A DNA stretch of 64,000 nucleotides from Sedimentisphaeraceae bacterium JB056 (GTDB taxonomy: Bacteria > Planctomycetota > Phycisphaerae > Sedimentisphaerales > Sedimentisphaeraceae). The DNA lies in assembly GCA_044440125.1 (NCBI GenBank), contig JBITAJ010000015.1, positions 160,001 through 224,000 of the forward strand, given 5' to 3'. The notes beneath the pieces are model-generated. The model had not been told where the DNA came from, did not search any database, and was given only the letters and a program-made list of their open reading frames with translations. The position numbers and the translations under genes were made by a program. Below are positions 46,335 through 56,607 of this stretch, in pieces; the first letter of the stretch is position 1, and each line of letters begins with the position of its first letter.

Positions 46335-47627
46335 ATGAAGATAAGTTGGCAGGATATACCGTTTTCTCCCCGTAAATGTCCGTTCTTCTATGGCTGGATA
46401 ATAGTTTTTGCTACTACCATAGGAATACTTGCAAGTATCCCGGGACAAACCATGGGGGTAGGTGTTTTTACTGAATCTATTAGTGCTTCACTCGGAATTT
46501 CACGTCTTGACCTAACTAAAGCATATTTTTGGGGTACTCTTACAAGCAGCTTGATATTACCATTTGCCGGTCGGTTACTGGATAAGATCGGTGCAAGGTT
46601 TATGATAGTCATTTCTTCGATGGGGCTTGCCTTGAGTTTGCTCATCATGTCACAGGTTGCAAAATTCACTTCTGGGTTAACTGTATTTTTCACCATAGCT
46701 GTAATGTCTTTTTGCTTTTTGCTGATCAGGTTTTTTGGTCAGGGGTGTTTGACTATGACATCACGTGTTACGATAGGCAAATGGTTCAATCACTATCGTG
46801 GACGTGCCGTTGCTATATCCAGTGTCCTTACCTCATTTGGATTCAATTCTTCGCCTCGATTTCTTAATCAGATACTGGATAATTTTGGTCTCGAAGGCAG
46901 TTATATTTTTATGGCGGTTTGTTTTGGCGGGGCAATGGCTGTGATAGGTTGGGTATTTTATCGAGACACACCTGAAAAATGTGGTCTCTTGATGGATGGT
47001 GGAGAGATCGTAAAGGCCGGCATTAAAGATATAATGTCGGAGAGTTTGAAGGATTTTAGCCGCAGTGAAGCAGTAAAGACCTTTTCTTTTTGGGTATTGA
47101 GTATGGCTACCGGGTCATTTGCAATGCTTTCAACTGCAGTGGTATTTCATATGGAGGCAATCGGAGACGAGTTTGGAGCAACAAGAGAAGTTTCGTATGA
47201 TGTGTTTTTGCCGATGGCCATATTCAGTGTTGTTTCAAGTTTTGCAGGAAGTGTACTAAGCGATAAAGTCAGGTTTAAATGGATTGTAATCGCGATGATG
47301 TTGGGTGAATTTATAGGGCTTTTAGGTCTTGCTGTTTTCGGTGATAATATTGGAAGAATAATGATGTTTTCCGGTTTTGGGATAGCAGGTGGATTGTTTG
47401 CCACGATTACGGTTGTGGGACTGCCTAAATTTTTTGGCAGGAAGCATTTAGGTGCCATAAGCGGCTTGAATATGTCAATAATGGTGTTTTCTTCTGCTGT
47501 TGGACCTTATCTATTTAGCCAATTGAAAGTTTGGGCTGGAAGTTTCAGGCAGGTTATCCCATTTGTAGTTCTTATTCCTGTTGTTCTATTGATAAGTTCG
47601 ATGAAGCTTAAGAATCCGCAGGAGTAG
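46335..47627 (+). CDS. MFS transporter
   Basis: About 12 TM helices; GRLLDKIGAR motif A; FFYGW, PGQT, WF...RGRA and FFGRKHLG. Confidence 0.92.
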   Translation: MKISWQDIPFSPRKCPFFYGWIIVFATTIGILASIPGQTMGVGVFTESISASLGISRLDLTKAYFWGTLTSSLILPFAGRLLDKIGARFMIVISSMGLALSLLIMSQVAKFTSGLTVFFTIAVMSFCFLLIRFFGQGCLTMTSRVTIGKWFNHYRGRAVAISSVLTSFGFNSSPRFLNQILDNFGLEGSYIFMAVCFGGAMAVIGWVFYRDTPEKCGLLMDGGEIVKAGIKDIMSESLKDFSRSEAVKTFSFWVLSMATGSFAMLSTAVVFHMEAIGDEFGATREVSYDVFLPMAIFSVVSSFAGSVLSDKVRFKWIVIAMMLGEFIGLLGLAVFGDNIGRIMMFSGFGIAGGLFATITVVGLPKFFGRKHLGAISGLNMSIMVFSSAVGPYLFSQLKVWAGSFRQVIPFVVLIPVVLLISSMKLKNPQE

Positions 47628-47731
47628 ACTTTACATATATATTCAATCATACCGCTTGATTCTTTCTGTGTTGAATATTTATAATCTTCTGATATAATGA
47701 AATTCTTCAAAGTTGAGGAATTGGGAGAATT

Positions 47732-48649
47732 ATGAGCGATTCTAATATTGGAAAGATGTTTGCAAGGCAGCTTGATATATTATTGGATATTGTCAGCACT
47801 AAGCCTCTTAAGCTTAGTGTTCGTAATGTTCATAAGGGTCGTGTTGCATCAAGACGTCTACGTGAAGTCCTCAAAAATCATTGCCTTGATGAATCAAAAC
47901 AAGATTCCAAAGCCGTCAAAAAAGTGAAGAAGTTTGCTGATTCTTTAAGCAATCTGAGAGATGCCGATGTTCAGCTTAAGTTTCTTGGTAGTTTTAGTGA
48001 TGATATCGCTGACGGCCAGAAGCAGAAAGTGTCTCCAGGTATTAAGTTTCTAAAAAAACAGCTCAAAAAAATAAGATCAAAACATGAGAAAAGGGCCAGG
48101 GAACGTATAAGAAAGCTTGAGATTACAGAAACTTTATACGGCATACGCAACAGATTACTGTCTGGCTATGCTTTGCTGGGAGAAGATAACAAAAGCCTGC
48201 TTTTAGAGGACAGAGTAAGAGACAATATGGTGAAAAGGCTTGATAAGGTAGCAGTTTCCCAGAAGGCATTACAATATCCTGAAGATACGGTCTTGCTTCA
48301 TAAAATGCGCATAGCATTGAAAAAATTACGATATTGTCTTGAATTTTATTCGCAATATAAGGAAGATGGTCTCAGTGATTTTATTGATAAGATAAAATAT
48401 TTTCAGGGTATAACGGGTCAAATACATGACCTTGATCAATGGCCCGCAAGAATTAAGTCTCTTGAATCGCATGTTCCAAATGAAGAGATAAACTATGGAG
48501 TAAAGTTTTTAGAAGAAAGTATTTTCGAGTCAAGAGATTGCTTGTTTGAAAATCTTGTTAAAGACTGGGAAAATTTGATTGATGATAATTTTTGGAATGA
48601 TCTGATTAGTTTTGTTAATTTGAAAGGTTTTAGCTTTGAACGAGAGTGA
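47732..48649 (+). CDS. CHAD domain (polyphosphate-binding) protein
   Basis: VHKGRVASRRLR, LRDADV, LHKMRIALKKLRY and GQIHDLD motifs. Confidence 0.9.
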   Translation: MSDSNIGKMFARQLDILLDIVSTKPLKLSVRNVHKGRVASRRLREVLKNHCLDESKQDSKAVKKVKKFADSLSNLRDADVQLKFLGSFSDDIADGQKQKVSPGIKFLKKQLKKIRSKHEKRARERIRKLEITETLYGIRNRLLSGYALLGEDNKSLLLEDRVRDNMVKRLDKVAVSQKALQYPEDTVLLHKMRIALKKLRYCLEFYSQYKEDGLSDFIDKIKYFQGITGQIHDLDQWPARIKSLESHVPNEEINYGVKFLEESIFESRDCLFENLVKDWENLIDDNFWNDLISFVNLKGFSFERE

Positions 48650-49247
48650 TAATGAGCCTTCTTATTGTTCTGAATTGGAGGCAGTTTCTGATGCGGCAAG
48701 ATACTATAATTACGAAAAGGCCCATTCTGATAATGTGCGAATGCTGGCAGTCAGAATATATGATCAATTGAAGGAACTTCACGGATTTGGCGGCAAAGAA
48801 CGCTTTATTTTGGAGTCAGCAGCTATATTACATGATATCGGTTGGCAAATAGCTCAGAGGAAGCATCACAAAAGCAGTATGAAATTGATAATTGCAGATG
48901 AGAGTATTCCGTTTGATTCTGAAACCAGAATCGCTGTTGCTCTTGTGGCTCGTTATCACCGAAAAAGTTTGCCCAAAGAAGGGCATGTTTATTACTGTGA
49001 ACTCAATCAGAGACAGCGATCAAGAGTAGATAAACTTTCGGCTATATTAAGAATAGCTGACGGTCTTGACAGAACTCATAATGGATATGTCAGTGATATA
49101 AGTTGTATTATCACTGAAAATCTTGTTACGTTTTTATGTGATTCAGCCAGCGATATATCTCCGGAGCTTGAGGCTGCAAAGCAGAAGTCAGATCTTTTTA
49201 TCAGGGCTTTCGGAAAGAATGTGAGATTTGACAAGACTTACAAATAA
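48636..49247 (+). CDS. Stand-alone HD-domain protein, homologous to the Ppx/GppA C-terminal domain
   Basis: AAILHDIG, HHKSS, VARYHRK and ILRIADGLD; TTG start with GAAAGG RBS. Confidence 0.88.
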   Translation: MNESDNEPSYCSELEAVSDAARYYNYEKAHSDNVRMLAVRIYDQLKELHGFGGKERFILESAAILHDIGWQIAQRKHHKSSMKLIIADESIPFDSETRIAVALVARYHRKSLPKEGHVYYCELNQRQRSRVDKLSAILRIADGLDRTHNGYVSDISCIITENLVTFLCDSASDISPELEAAKQKSDLFIRAFGKNVRFDKTYK

Positions 49248-49324
49248 AACGCTAACAAATTGCAATTATAATGATTCGGGGTGATTGTATTGTATATATT
49301 CTTAAGGTTGCAGGGTTTGCTGCT

Positions 49325-50878
49325 ATGAATAAAAAACAGCTTAAAAAAATACAAATGGCAGCTATTGATATCGGATCCAATTCGATACGGATGGCTATCG
49401 CTCAAGTCGGAGAAGACGGTAAGATAGAAATTCTTGAGCAGCTTCATCAGGCTGTGCATTTAGGTCAGGATACATTTCGTAGCGGCTATATAGAACGAAA
49501 AAGTATGAGATTGGCTGTGTCAATATTGCGAAATTATAAGCAAGTGATAGACTCTTACGAAATTAAAAATGTTCTTGCTGTAGCTACTACATCTGTGAGG
49601 GAGGCTGTAAATTCTGATGCATTTATTGATAGAATTGCTATGGCTACCGGTTTCGATGTGGAGGTTATAGATGCAACTGAGGAGGGCAGACTTACCGTTG
49701 CTGCCGTTCGCAACTCAATAGGTAAATCACTGAATATTGGTCATAAAAACACAATAATAGCGGAGGTTGGCGGCGGCAGTACTTTGATTACCGTCTTGCA
49801 GAGAGGTAAGATAATTCAGTCTTTGAGTTTGCCGATAGGTGCAATAAGGCTTAACGAAATATTTTCTGATTCGAGCCATGACCCTGCCGAGGTAGCAGCT
49901 TTGTTTGACAGGCATATAGCTGGAGCAACATCGGGATTGAAATCTCAGATCTCTGTCAATAAAATATCTGTGTTTATCGCATTAGGGTCTGATATGAGAT
50001 TTGCTGCCCGCCAAGTTGGCAGGAAGATAGGCAGTTCTGATTTTTACAGTCTCGCAAAGTCTGATTTCGATAGTGTTTTGTCGGTTTGCAAGAAGTTTGA
50101 TGCTCAGCAGATAGCGAATAAGTATGGATTGGCTTTTCCTGACGTTGAAACTCTTTGTCCAGCCCTTTTTACTTACAAGAATCTTATAGAGCTTATGGGA
50201 GTTAACGAGATTATAGTTTCGCCAGTTTCGATGAGAGAAGGACTTCTGGTTGAACTTCTGGCAAGGATTACAGGTGCCCAAGACAGGGGGCTTTTTGAAG
50301 CAGTTATAAACTCGGCTAAAGCTATAGCTCATAAATATCAGGTTGATACATCTCATTATGAAAAGGTATATGAATTTTGTGAAAAACTCTTTGATGATCT
50401 TAAAGATCTTCATCGTATGGATACTCGAGATAGGCTTCTTCTAAGAGTTGCGGCTATTGTGCATGAGATAGGTATATTTGTTTCTACAAGAGCGCATCAT
50501 AAGCACAGTTATTATCTTATCTCAAATACTGAGATATTTGGATTAAATCATACAGAGATAATGATTGTTGCTCATATATCAAGATATCATCGTCGTAATT
50601 CTCCAAAACCGAATCATACAGAATATATCAATATGCCGCGAAAAATGAGGATTACTATTTGCCGTCTTGCGGCATTATTGAGAATATCCGATGCTCTTGA
50701 TTGTGAGAGAACTCAACAGATTCGTTTGCTTAAGACAGAGATGACTGATGATGAACTTATCCTTTATGTTGAAGGAGGAAAGGGACTTGCCCTTGAACGA
50801 AGGTCGCTTGCTGAAAAGAGTGATCTTTTCGAAGATATTTACGGTTTACGTGTCAGGCTCCAGACAGTCGGCAGTTAG
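49325..50878 (+). CDS. ppx: Exopolyphosphatase (Ppx/GppA family)
   Basis: IDIGSNSIR, ATTSVREA, EEGR, EVGGGST and MREG; C-terminal HEIG domain. Start may be 49271. Confidence 0.92.
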   Translation: MNKKQLKKIQMAAIDIGSNSIRMAIAQVGEDGKIEILEQLHQAVHLGQDTFRSGYIERKSMRLAVSILRNYKQVIDSYEIKNVLAVATTSVREAVNSDAFIDRIAMATGFDVEVIDATEEGRLTVAAVRNSIGKSLNIGHKNTIIAEVGGGSTLITVLQRGKIIQSLSLPIGAIRLNEIFSDSSHDPAEVAALFDRHIAGATSGLKSQISVNKISVFIALGSDMRFAARQVGRKIGSSDFYSLAKSDFDSVLSVCKKFDAQQIANKYGLAFPDVETLCPALFTYKNLIELMGVNEIIVSPVSMREGLLVELLARITGAQDRGLFEAVINSAKAIAHKYQVDTSHYEKVYEFCEKLFDDLKDLHRMDTRDRLLLRVAAIVHEIGIFVSTRAHHKHSYYLISNTEIFGLNHTEIMIVAHISRYHRRNSPKPNHTEYINMPRKMRITICRLAALLRISDALDCERTQQIRLLKTEMTDDELILYVEGGKGLALERRSLAEKSDLFEDIYGLRVRLQTVGS

Positions 50879-50915
50879 ATTGATTAACAGACTAAGATGA
50901 AAATAGAGAATTAAA

Positions 50916-53039
50916 ATGCCTGAATATAAGAAACTTAATGATCCCAAATTATTTATAAATCGCGAGTTGAGCTGGATAGAATTTAATCGAAGGGTGCTCT
51001 TGCAGAGTTCAAGCAAGGGGCAGCCTCTTCTTGAAAGACTCAAGTTTTTATCCATAGTAAGCTCTAACTTTGATGAATTCTTTATGATACGTGTTGCCGG
51101 TTTAATACAGCGAAGAGATGCAGGAATAGCGAAGAAAGATATAAGCGGCCTCACAACAAATCAGCAGTTGAAGAAGATAAGAGAGAACGTCTGCGAGGTT
51201 CTTGAAAGACATTCTGAAATACTTAGGGATGTTGTTAAACAGCTTAGGAAAGAAAAATTGGATATAGCTGAAGTTGACAATCTTGATCCCAGGCAGATAA
51301 CTTTCCTTGAAGGCTACTTTGTTAATGAAATCCTGCCTCTTCTAACGCCTCTGATGTTAAAAGATAAAAATTTAAGCCCTGTAATTCCGGGGCTTGGGAT
51401 AAATATTGGCTTGATCATTCAGAGAAGTGTCAATGAGGCTGATGGTACGCAAGAAAAAAAGCGAGTGGTTATCGTTCCGGTGCCTAAAGTATTGCCTTCG
51501 TTCATAAGTGTACCTTCTGAAAGTGGTTTGTGTCTTGTTCCGGTAGAAGATGTTGTAAGCAATTATATAAAATTATTGTTTCCCAAAGAGAAGATATTGT
51601 CTAAAGCCGTTTTCCGTGTTACACGTGATGCCGATGTTGAGATACAGGAAGATGAAGCGGGCGATCTTCTGGAGACAGTTGAAAAAGCTGTTATATCGAG
51701 GAGAAGGCGTGAAGTGGTTCGCCTTGAGCTCAGTGAGGGTTACGATAAGCAAATAAGCGAGCGGCTTGCGAACTGGTTTGCTCTTAAGAAAGATGATATT
51801 TATGTGACAGATAGTCTGATGGATTCATCACGGCTTATTGAAATATTGAAACGTCCAGGTTTTGAACATTTGAAAATAAATGAATGGCCGCCTCAGGTTC
51901 CCGGGGATTTGGCTGATTGCAAAGATATCTGGCAAAGAATAGACGGGCAGGACGTGTTGTTATTTCACCCTTATGAGAGCTTTTCTCCCGTTGTCCGTAT
52001 GATAGAAGATGCAGCCAACGATCCTGATGTTCTCGCTATAAAGCAGACACTCTACAGGACCAGCGGTGACTCACCAATTATCAGTGCATTGGAAAAAGCG
52101 GCTAAGAGCGGTAAGCAGGTTACTGTTCTTGTAGAGCTGAAGGCCAGGTTTGATGAGCAGAACAATATTGTATGGGCAAGGCGTCTTGAAGATGCCGGGT
52201 GTTACGTAATATACGGTATAAGTGGATTCAAAACGCACTCAAAGGCGTTGCTTATTGTTAAAAGAAAACAGTCAAGGATTTGTCGGTATGTTCATCTTGC
52301 GACAGGTAATTATAATGATAAAACAGCCAAGATATATTCAGATGTTGGGTTGCTTACATCTGATACCGATATCGCTTCCGATACTGCTGCTTTTTTCAAT
52401 TTGCTTACTGGATACTCTGATATTGTACCGCTTTCCAAGCTGACAATTGCTCCTACAAATATGAGGCAGAGAATAATTGGTCTCATTGAGCGAGAGATCA
52501 GTAATTCTACTCCTGACCGAAAAGGTCTTGTAATGGCAAAGATGAATTCACTTGAAGACCCTGAAATATGCAGGGCTCTTTACAAGGCGTCAATGGCTGG
52601 AGTTAAGGTCAAATTGAATGTCAGGGGCATCTGCTGCTTAAGACCCGGTTTGAAAGGTGTTTCTACGAATATAGAGGTTTGTTCGATTGTTGATAGATAT
52701 CTGGAGCATTCGAGGATCTTTTATTTTGCTAATGGAGGACATGAAGAAGTTTATCTAAGCAGTGCTGATTGGATGAGGCGTAATCTTGATTCAAGGCTTG
52801 AAATACTTTTCCCGGTTAAATCTGCTGAATTGCGTAAAAGACTTGTATCGATATTGAATACATTCTTTAGTGACAATGTCAGCTCTTACTTACTCAGGAC
52901 TGATGGAAGTTATAAGGCCAGATATTCTAAGGGAGAAAAAGTCAGAGCTCAGCAAAAATTCTACGAGGATGCAGTTGACTATCTTCGTACAGTCAAGAAT
53001 TCACGTACTAAATTTCACCCTATGACGAGACCGAGATAA
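50916..53039 (+). CDS. ppk1: Polyphosphate kinase 1
   Basis: NRELSW, DEFFMIRVAG, HPYESF, VELKARFDE, KTHSK, TGNYN, YLEHSRI and SSADWM motifs. Confidence 0.97.
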   Translation: MPEYKKLNDPKLFINRELSWIEFNRRVLLQSSSKGQPLLERLKFLSIVSSNFDEFFMIRVAGLIQRRDAGIAKKDISGLTTNQQLKKIRENVCEVLERHSEILRDVVKQLRKEKLDIAEVDNLDPRQITFLEGYFVNEILPLLTPLMLKDKNLSPVIPGLGINIGLIIQRSVNEADGTQEKKRVVIVPVPKVLPSFISVPSESGLCLVPVEDVVSNYIKLLFPKEKILSKAVFRVTRDADVEIQEDEAGDLLETVEKAVISRRRREVVRLELSEGYDKQISERLANWFALKKDDIYVTDSLMDSSRLIEILKRPGFEHLKINEWPPQVPGDLADCKDIWQRIDGQDVLLFHPYESFSPVVRMIEDAANDPDVLAIKQTLYRTSGDSPIISALEKAAKSGKQVTVLVELKARFDEQNNIVWARRLEDAGCYVIYGISGFKTHSKALLIVKRKQSRICRYVHLATGNYNDKTAKIYSDVGLLTSDTDIASDTAAFFNLLTGYSDIVPLSKLTIAPTNMRQRIIGLIEREISNSTPDRKGLVMAKMNSLEDPEICRALYKASMAGVKVKLNVRGICCLRPGLKGVSTNIEVCSIVDRYLEHSRIFYFANGGHEEVYLSSADWMRRNLDSRLEILFPVKSAELRKRLVSILNTFFSDNVSSYLLRTDGSYKARYSKGEKVRAQQKFYEDAVDYLRTVKNSRTKFHPMTRPR

Positions 53040-53109
53040 AATTATTTTACCTGAATCTTTGAGAAGGTTTGGCGGATTGTTATAAAAGTTTATTTTTTTA
53101 GGTTATTCA

Positions 53110-53146
53110 CAAAACAGCTTTTTTTGTTACAATAAAAGCTGTTTTG
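53110..53146. promoter_or_regulatory. 13-bp inverted repeat overlapping a TTCACA-16-TACAAT promoter candidate (operator or terminator)
   Basis: CAAAACAGCTTTT / AAAAGCTGTTTTG with TACAAT in the loop. Confidence 0.45.
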
Positions 53147-53178
53147 CTCATTAATATGAAAATTTAATAGATTTAAGG

Positions 53179-53736
53179 ATGATGGAAATGTCTAAGCAGG
53201 TATTAGTGCCTATATCCGATGGGGTTGAGGAGTTAGAAGCTATAACAATAATTGATGTTTTAAGGCGAGCCGGTGCGGAAGTTACCGTTGCAAGTACAAA
53301 TGAAGATCTCGCAGTGGTGGCAAGCAGGGGAGTAAAGCTTGTGGCTGATGCTCCTATTTCGGTTTGCGTATGCAATAAATATGATCTTGTTGTCTTGCCG
53401 GGTGGAATGCCCGGAGCCGAACATCTCAGGGATTGTCCTGAAGTTGCAGAAATATTGAAGCGACAGAGATGTCATGGGAAGTATTATGCGGCTATATGTG
53501 CATCACCGGCAGTTGTTCTTGCTCATCATGGACTTTTGCCGGGGAAAGCTACTTGTTACCCAGCTATGCAGGAAATGCTTGGCGATAGTGCTGTTGATCA
53601 GACCGTCGTTATTGATGGTTTATGTGTTACCAGTCAAGGACCTGGGACAGCTATGGAATTTGCTCTTGTACTTACCGAACTGCTTTTTGGCGAAGAAAAA
53701 CGCACAGAGATAGCCCAGGGTATGCTTGTCAAGTAA
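53179..53736 (+). CDS. DJ-1/PfpI (YajL/ThiJ) family glyoxalase/deglycase
   Basis: GVEELE, DVLRRAG, LPGGMPG, AICASP and TSQGPGT motifs; true start may be 53188. Confidence 0.94.
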   Translation: MMEMSKQVLVPISDGVEELEAITIIDVLRRAGAEVTVASTNEDLAVVASRGVKLVADAPISVCVCNKYDLVVLPGGMPGAEHLRDCPEVAEILKRQRCHGKYYAAICASPAVVLAHHGLLPGKATCYPAMQEMLGDSAVDQTVVIDGLCVTSQGPGTAMEFALVLTELLFGEEKRTEIAQGMLVK

Positions 53737-53744
53737 GGAGCTAT

Positions 53745-54782
53745 ATGATTTTCTCAAAAGGAGGACTATTATATCTCATACTTGCGGTTTTTATGATCGG
53801 ATGTTCTGAGAGTGAGCTGGCGGACTCAAAGGGAGGTGATAAATGGCTTAAAAGCTATTTGAAAAAAGAACCGGTAGTTCGCTCTATTGAAGATCTGGGA
53901 GGAACATACGGCCCAGGATTGTTAATCAAGACTGATCATTATGACATATACACCACTGTGCAAGATGTGCTTATGCTGCGTCAGATTCCGGTATTTCTTG
54001 AGAATGTGCAGTCTGAATACCGCAAGATAAGCGGTGTTGATTCAGTTTCGAAAAATCGCAATAAGATATATATATTTGAAACGCGGGAGCAGTGGGAAAG
54101 TTTTGGAGAATACTTCACGGCAGAGTTGTGGCCAGTTTATAAACGAATCGAAAAAGGTGCTTATTACGTTAAGGGAGCCTGTGTTGCATACAATATCGGT
54201 AGAACAGATACTTTCGCTATAATTGCTCATGAAGGGTGGCATCAGTTTAGTCACAGGTATTTCAAATATCGCATACCGGCATGGCTTGATGAGGGAATTG
54301 CGATGCAGTTTGAAGGCTTTAAAAAATATAAGGGCAGGTATGTATTCTCTTCTTCTTACAATTATATGAGGATGCAGGGTCTCAAACGTGCTTATGAGCA
54401 GGGTTACAAGCCATCTCTTGTCGAATTGCTTACAGAAAATCCTGCTGTTGTAATAAGTGGTCAGCAGGATGATGTTGCTTTGAGAGTAAATGCTTACTAT
54501 AGCAAAGTTTATGCTTTAGTAAGGTTTTTGCGAGAGTATAATGGAGGCATTTATCGTCCAAGGCTCGAGAAAATGATACAATCACTTCAGGAAGGCAGTT
54601 GGAAAGTTGATGATGATCTCGCAAGTCTGCTTGAAGATAGGAACAACAGGCTTACAACAAAAATAAATCATGAAGTCGGTATTCAGCTTTTTACGGATTA
54701 TTACGGCAAAAAACTTGATACTATTGAAGAACAATTTGATATGTATTGTTATTGTCTTGTTTTGAAACAGCTTGAAAAGTAG
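53745..54782 (+). CDS. DUF1570-like gluzincin metallopeptidase lipoprotein
   Basis: Lipobox MIGC; HEGWHQ and PAWLDEGIA motifs; AAGGAG RBS before ATG 53745. Confidence 0.8.
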   Translation: MIFSKGGLLYLILAVFMIGCSESELADSKGGDKWLKSYLKKEPVVRSIEDLGGTYGPGLLIKTDHYDIYTTVQDVLMLRQIPVFLENVQSEYRKISGVDSVSKNRNKIYIFETREQWESFGEYFTAELWPVYKRIEKGAYYVKGACVAYNIGRTDTFAIIAHEGWHQFSHRYFKYRIPAWLDEGIAMQFEGFKKYKGRYVFSSSYNYMRMQGLKRAYEQGYKPSLVELLTENPAVVISGQQDDVALRVNAYYSKVYALVRFLREYNGGIYRPRLEKMIQSLQEGSWKVDDDLASLLEDRNNRLTTKINHEVGIQLFTDYYGKKLDTIEEQFDMYCYCLVLKQLEK

Positions 54783-54787
54783 TCTGC

Positions 54788-56518
54788 TCACTCTAAGATA
54801 ATTGCTTTTCTCATCTTACGGACAGAATTAATCACATAGATATTGTCAAACTTGTTTATGTCGTTGAGTTTTATTACTTTCTCCTCAAGCTGGCCGTCTG
54901 TTATCATTTTCTTTCTCATTACACCGGCTAAGAGACCGGATTCTATTGGTGGCGTATAGAGCTTTGAGTCTTTCTCAAATATGATATTGTGAAATGTACA
55001 TTCTGTAACCTCATTTTTCTCATTGAACAGAATTACTTCATCACAATCCCCTCTTTGTTCGAAAGCCTTTTGATAGATATTTCTGCATGTGGTCTTGTGA
55101 TAAAGGTACAAATTGGATGAACTGACAGGCTCTTTGCTTATGGCAAGCTTTACTGTAGAGCTGTCGATATTTACAGCCTGAGATTCTACTGTTATCGCAC
55201 CGTCTTTCGCAAGCAATAGCCGTATCTTATATGTATTTTTATCGAGAGACCGAGCAGCTTCTTCGAGTCTGTCTGTGATTTTTTTCTGATCATATTTAAA
55301 GCCGAAGTATTCCGCGCTCTTTGATATTCGACTAAGATGAAGTTCAAGTAGATAGAATCCTGAATCGCTTGACCAAAGAAGGCTTTCGAGCAATTCAAAA
55401 TCTTCTGTTCTCTGATTTAAAACTTTGGTCTTGGTCAGGCATTCGTTGTATTCGTTTTCTGCTGTGGAATCCCATACAATTCCGCCGCCAACCCCGTAAG
55501 TGGCTGAGTCGGTGGTTTTGTCAATTTCAACAGTTCTTATTGCTACATTAAAGACAGCTTTTTCTGAAGGTGCAAAATATCCTATAGAACCGGTATATAC
55601 GTCGCGTGGAGATGTTTCAAGAGCGGAGATTATTTCCATGGTACGGCATTTAGGTGCTCCGGTTATAGATGCGCAAGGAAAAAGGTGTTTGAATACTTCG
55701 AAGGCATTTTCGTTTGTTTGTGCTGTGATTGTAGAGCTCATTTGGTGCAGGGTTGGATAAGTCTCAAGCTCAAAAAGTTTAGGTACCTCAACGCTGCCTG
55801 GTGTGGCTATTGTACCCAGATCATTTCTAAGCATATCCACTATCATCACATTTTCAGCCATATCTTTTTCAGATTTTCGGAGTTTTTGCTTTGCATCAAG
55901 ATCGCCTTCAAGGCTCCTTCCCCTTGCAATGGTACCTTTTATTGGCTTTGTGATTATTTCGCCCTTATCATATTTGAAGAAGAGTTCAGGTGAAAAAGAG
56001 CATATTGCGAATTCCTCTGTCTCAATAAAGCAGCAATAGCCCGCATCACTTTGACTTGCTGTTGATGCGAAAAAAGACAAAGGGCTTATATTGAAATCAC
56101 TTTTAAGCCGAAGCGTGTAGTTGACTTGGTAGGTATTACCCAGAGCTATTTGTTTTTTGATCTCAGAAATATGGTTCCTGTAATCTTGATATGGTGTGTC
56201 AATTTGCCAATTTAACTCGCTTAATACGGGATTATTTGAATATTCCTCAATATTTATAAGACTATAATCTTCAAATATAGCAAACCACGCAAGCGGTAAA
56301 TTGGAGTTTGTTTCATGTTTTGTGCGGAGCGAGTCATCGAAAGCTCTGGCGGCCTCATATTTGACGAAACCAACTGAATATTTACCTTGTTGGGAATGTT
56401 CAAAGGCTTTTTTGACTGCTTCTTCAGTATTTGCTATGGTATCAGCCTGAATTATTTCCAGCGGTTTTTTGAAACAAAGCCACTTGTCTTTATCTTTTAT
56501 GATTACTTGTCTACACAT
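54788..56518 (-). CDS. pabB: Aminodeoxychorismate synthase component I fused to an ADC-lyase-like (class IV PLP) domain
   Basis: YQVNYT, SPELF, PIKGT, AENVMIVD, FPCASITGAPK and NVAIRT; C-terminal H..R, HKTT and GLLAGVMR. Confidence 0.92.
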   Translation of the reverse strand: MCRQVIIKDKDKWLCFKKPLEIIQADTIANTEEAVKKAFEHSQQGKYSVGFVKYEAARAFDDSLRTKHETNSNLPLAWFAIFEDYSLINIEEYSNNPVLSELNWQIDTPYQDYRNHISEIKKQIALGNTYQVNYTLRLKSDFNISPLSFFASTASQSDAGYCCFIETEEFAICSFSPELFFKYDKGEIITKPIKGTIARGRSLEGDLDAKQKLRKSEKDMAENVMIVDMLRNDLGTIATPGSVEVPKLFELETYPTLHQMSSTITAQTNENAFEVFKHLFPCASITGAPKCRTMEIISALETSPRDVYTGSIGYFAPSEKAVFNVAIRTVEIDKTTDSATYGVGGGIVWDSTAENEYNECLTKTKVLNQRTEDFELLESLLWSSDSGFYLLELHLSRISKSAEYFGFKYDQKKITDRLEEAARSLDKNTYKIRLLLAKDGAITVESQAVNIDSSTVKLAISKEPVSSSNLYLYHKTTCRNIYQKAFEQRGDCDEVILFNEKNEVTECTFHNIIFEKDSKLYTPPIESGLLAGVMRKKMITDGQLEEKVIKLNDINKFDNIYVINSVRKMRKAIILE

Positions 56519-56607
56519 TTATTATTTGCCGTTGATCGAATTAAACTTGGGTTTAAGCAGATTGTATCAGCAAAGTTTAGCAATTGCAGGCAAATTGTGA
56601 AGAATTT

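Noticed and set aside
47732..49247. Frameshifted CHAD-HD fusion pseudogene
   Set aside because: Both domains are complete and the HD gene has its own RBS and TTG start, consistent with ordinary translational coupling.
53622..53744. N-terminal extensions in the track (also 4650-4724, 40447-40569, 60972-61007)
   Set aside because: They overlap upstream genes, promoters or hairpins; downstream ATGs have better RBS or signal-peptide context.
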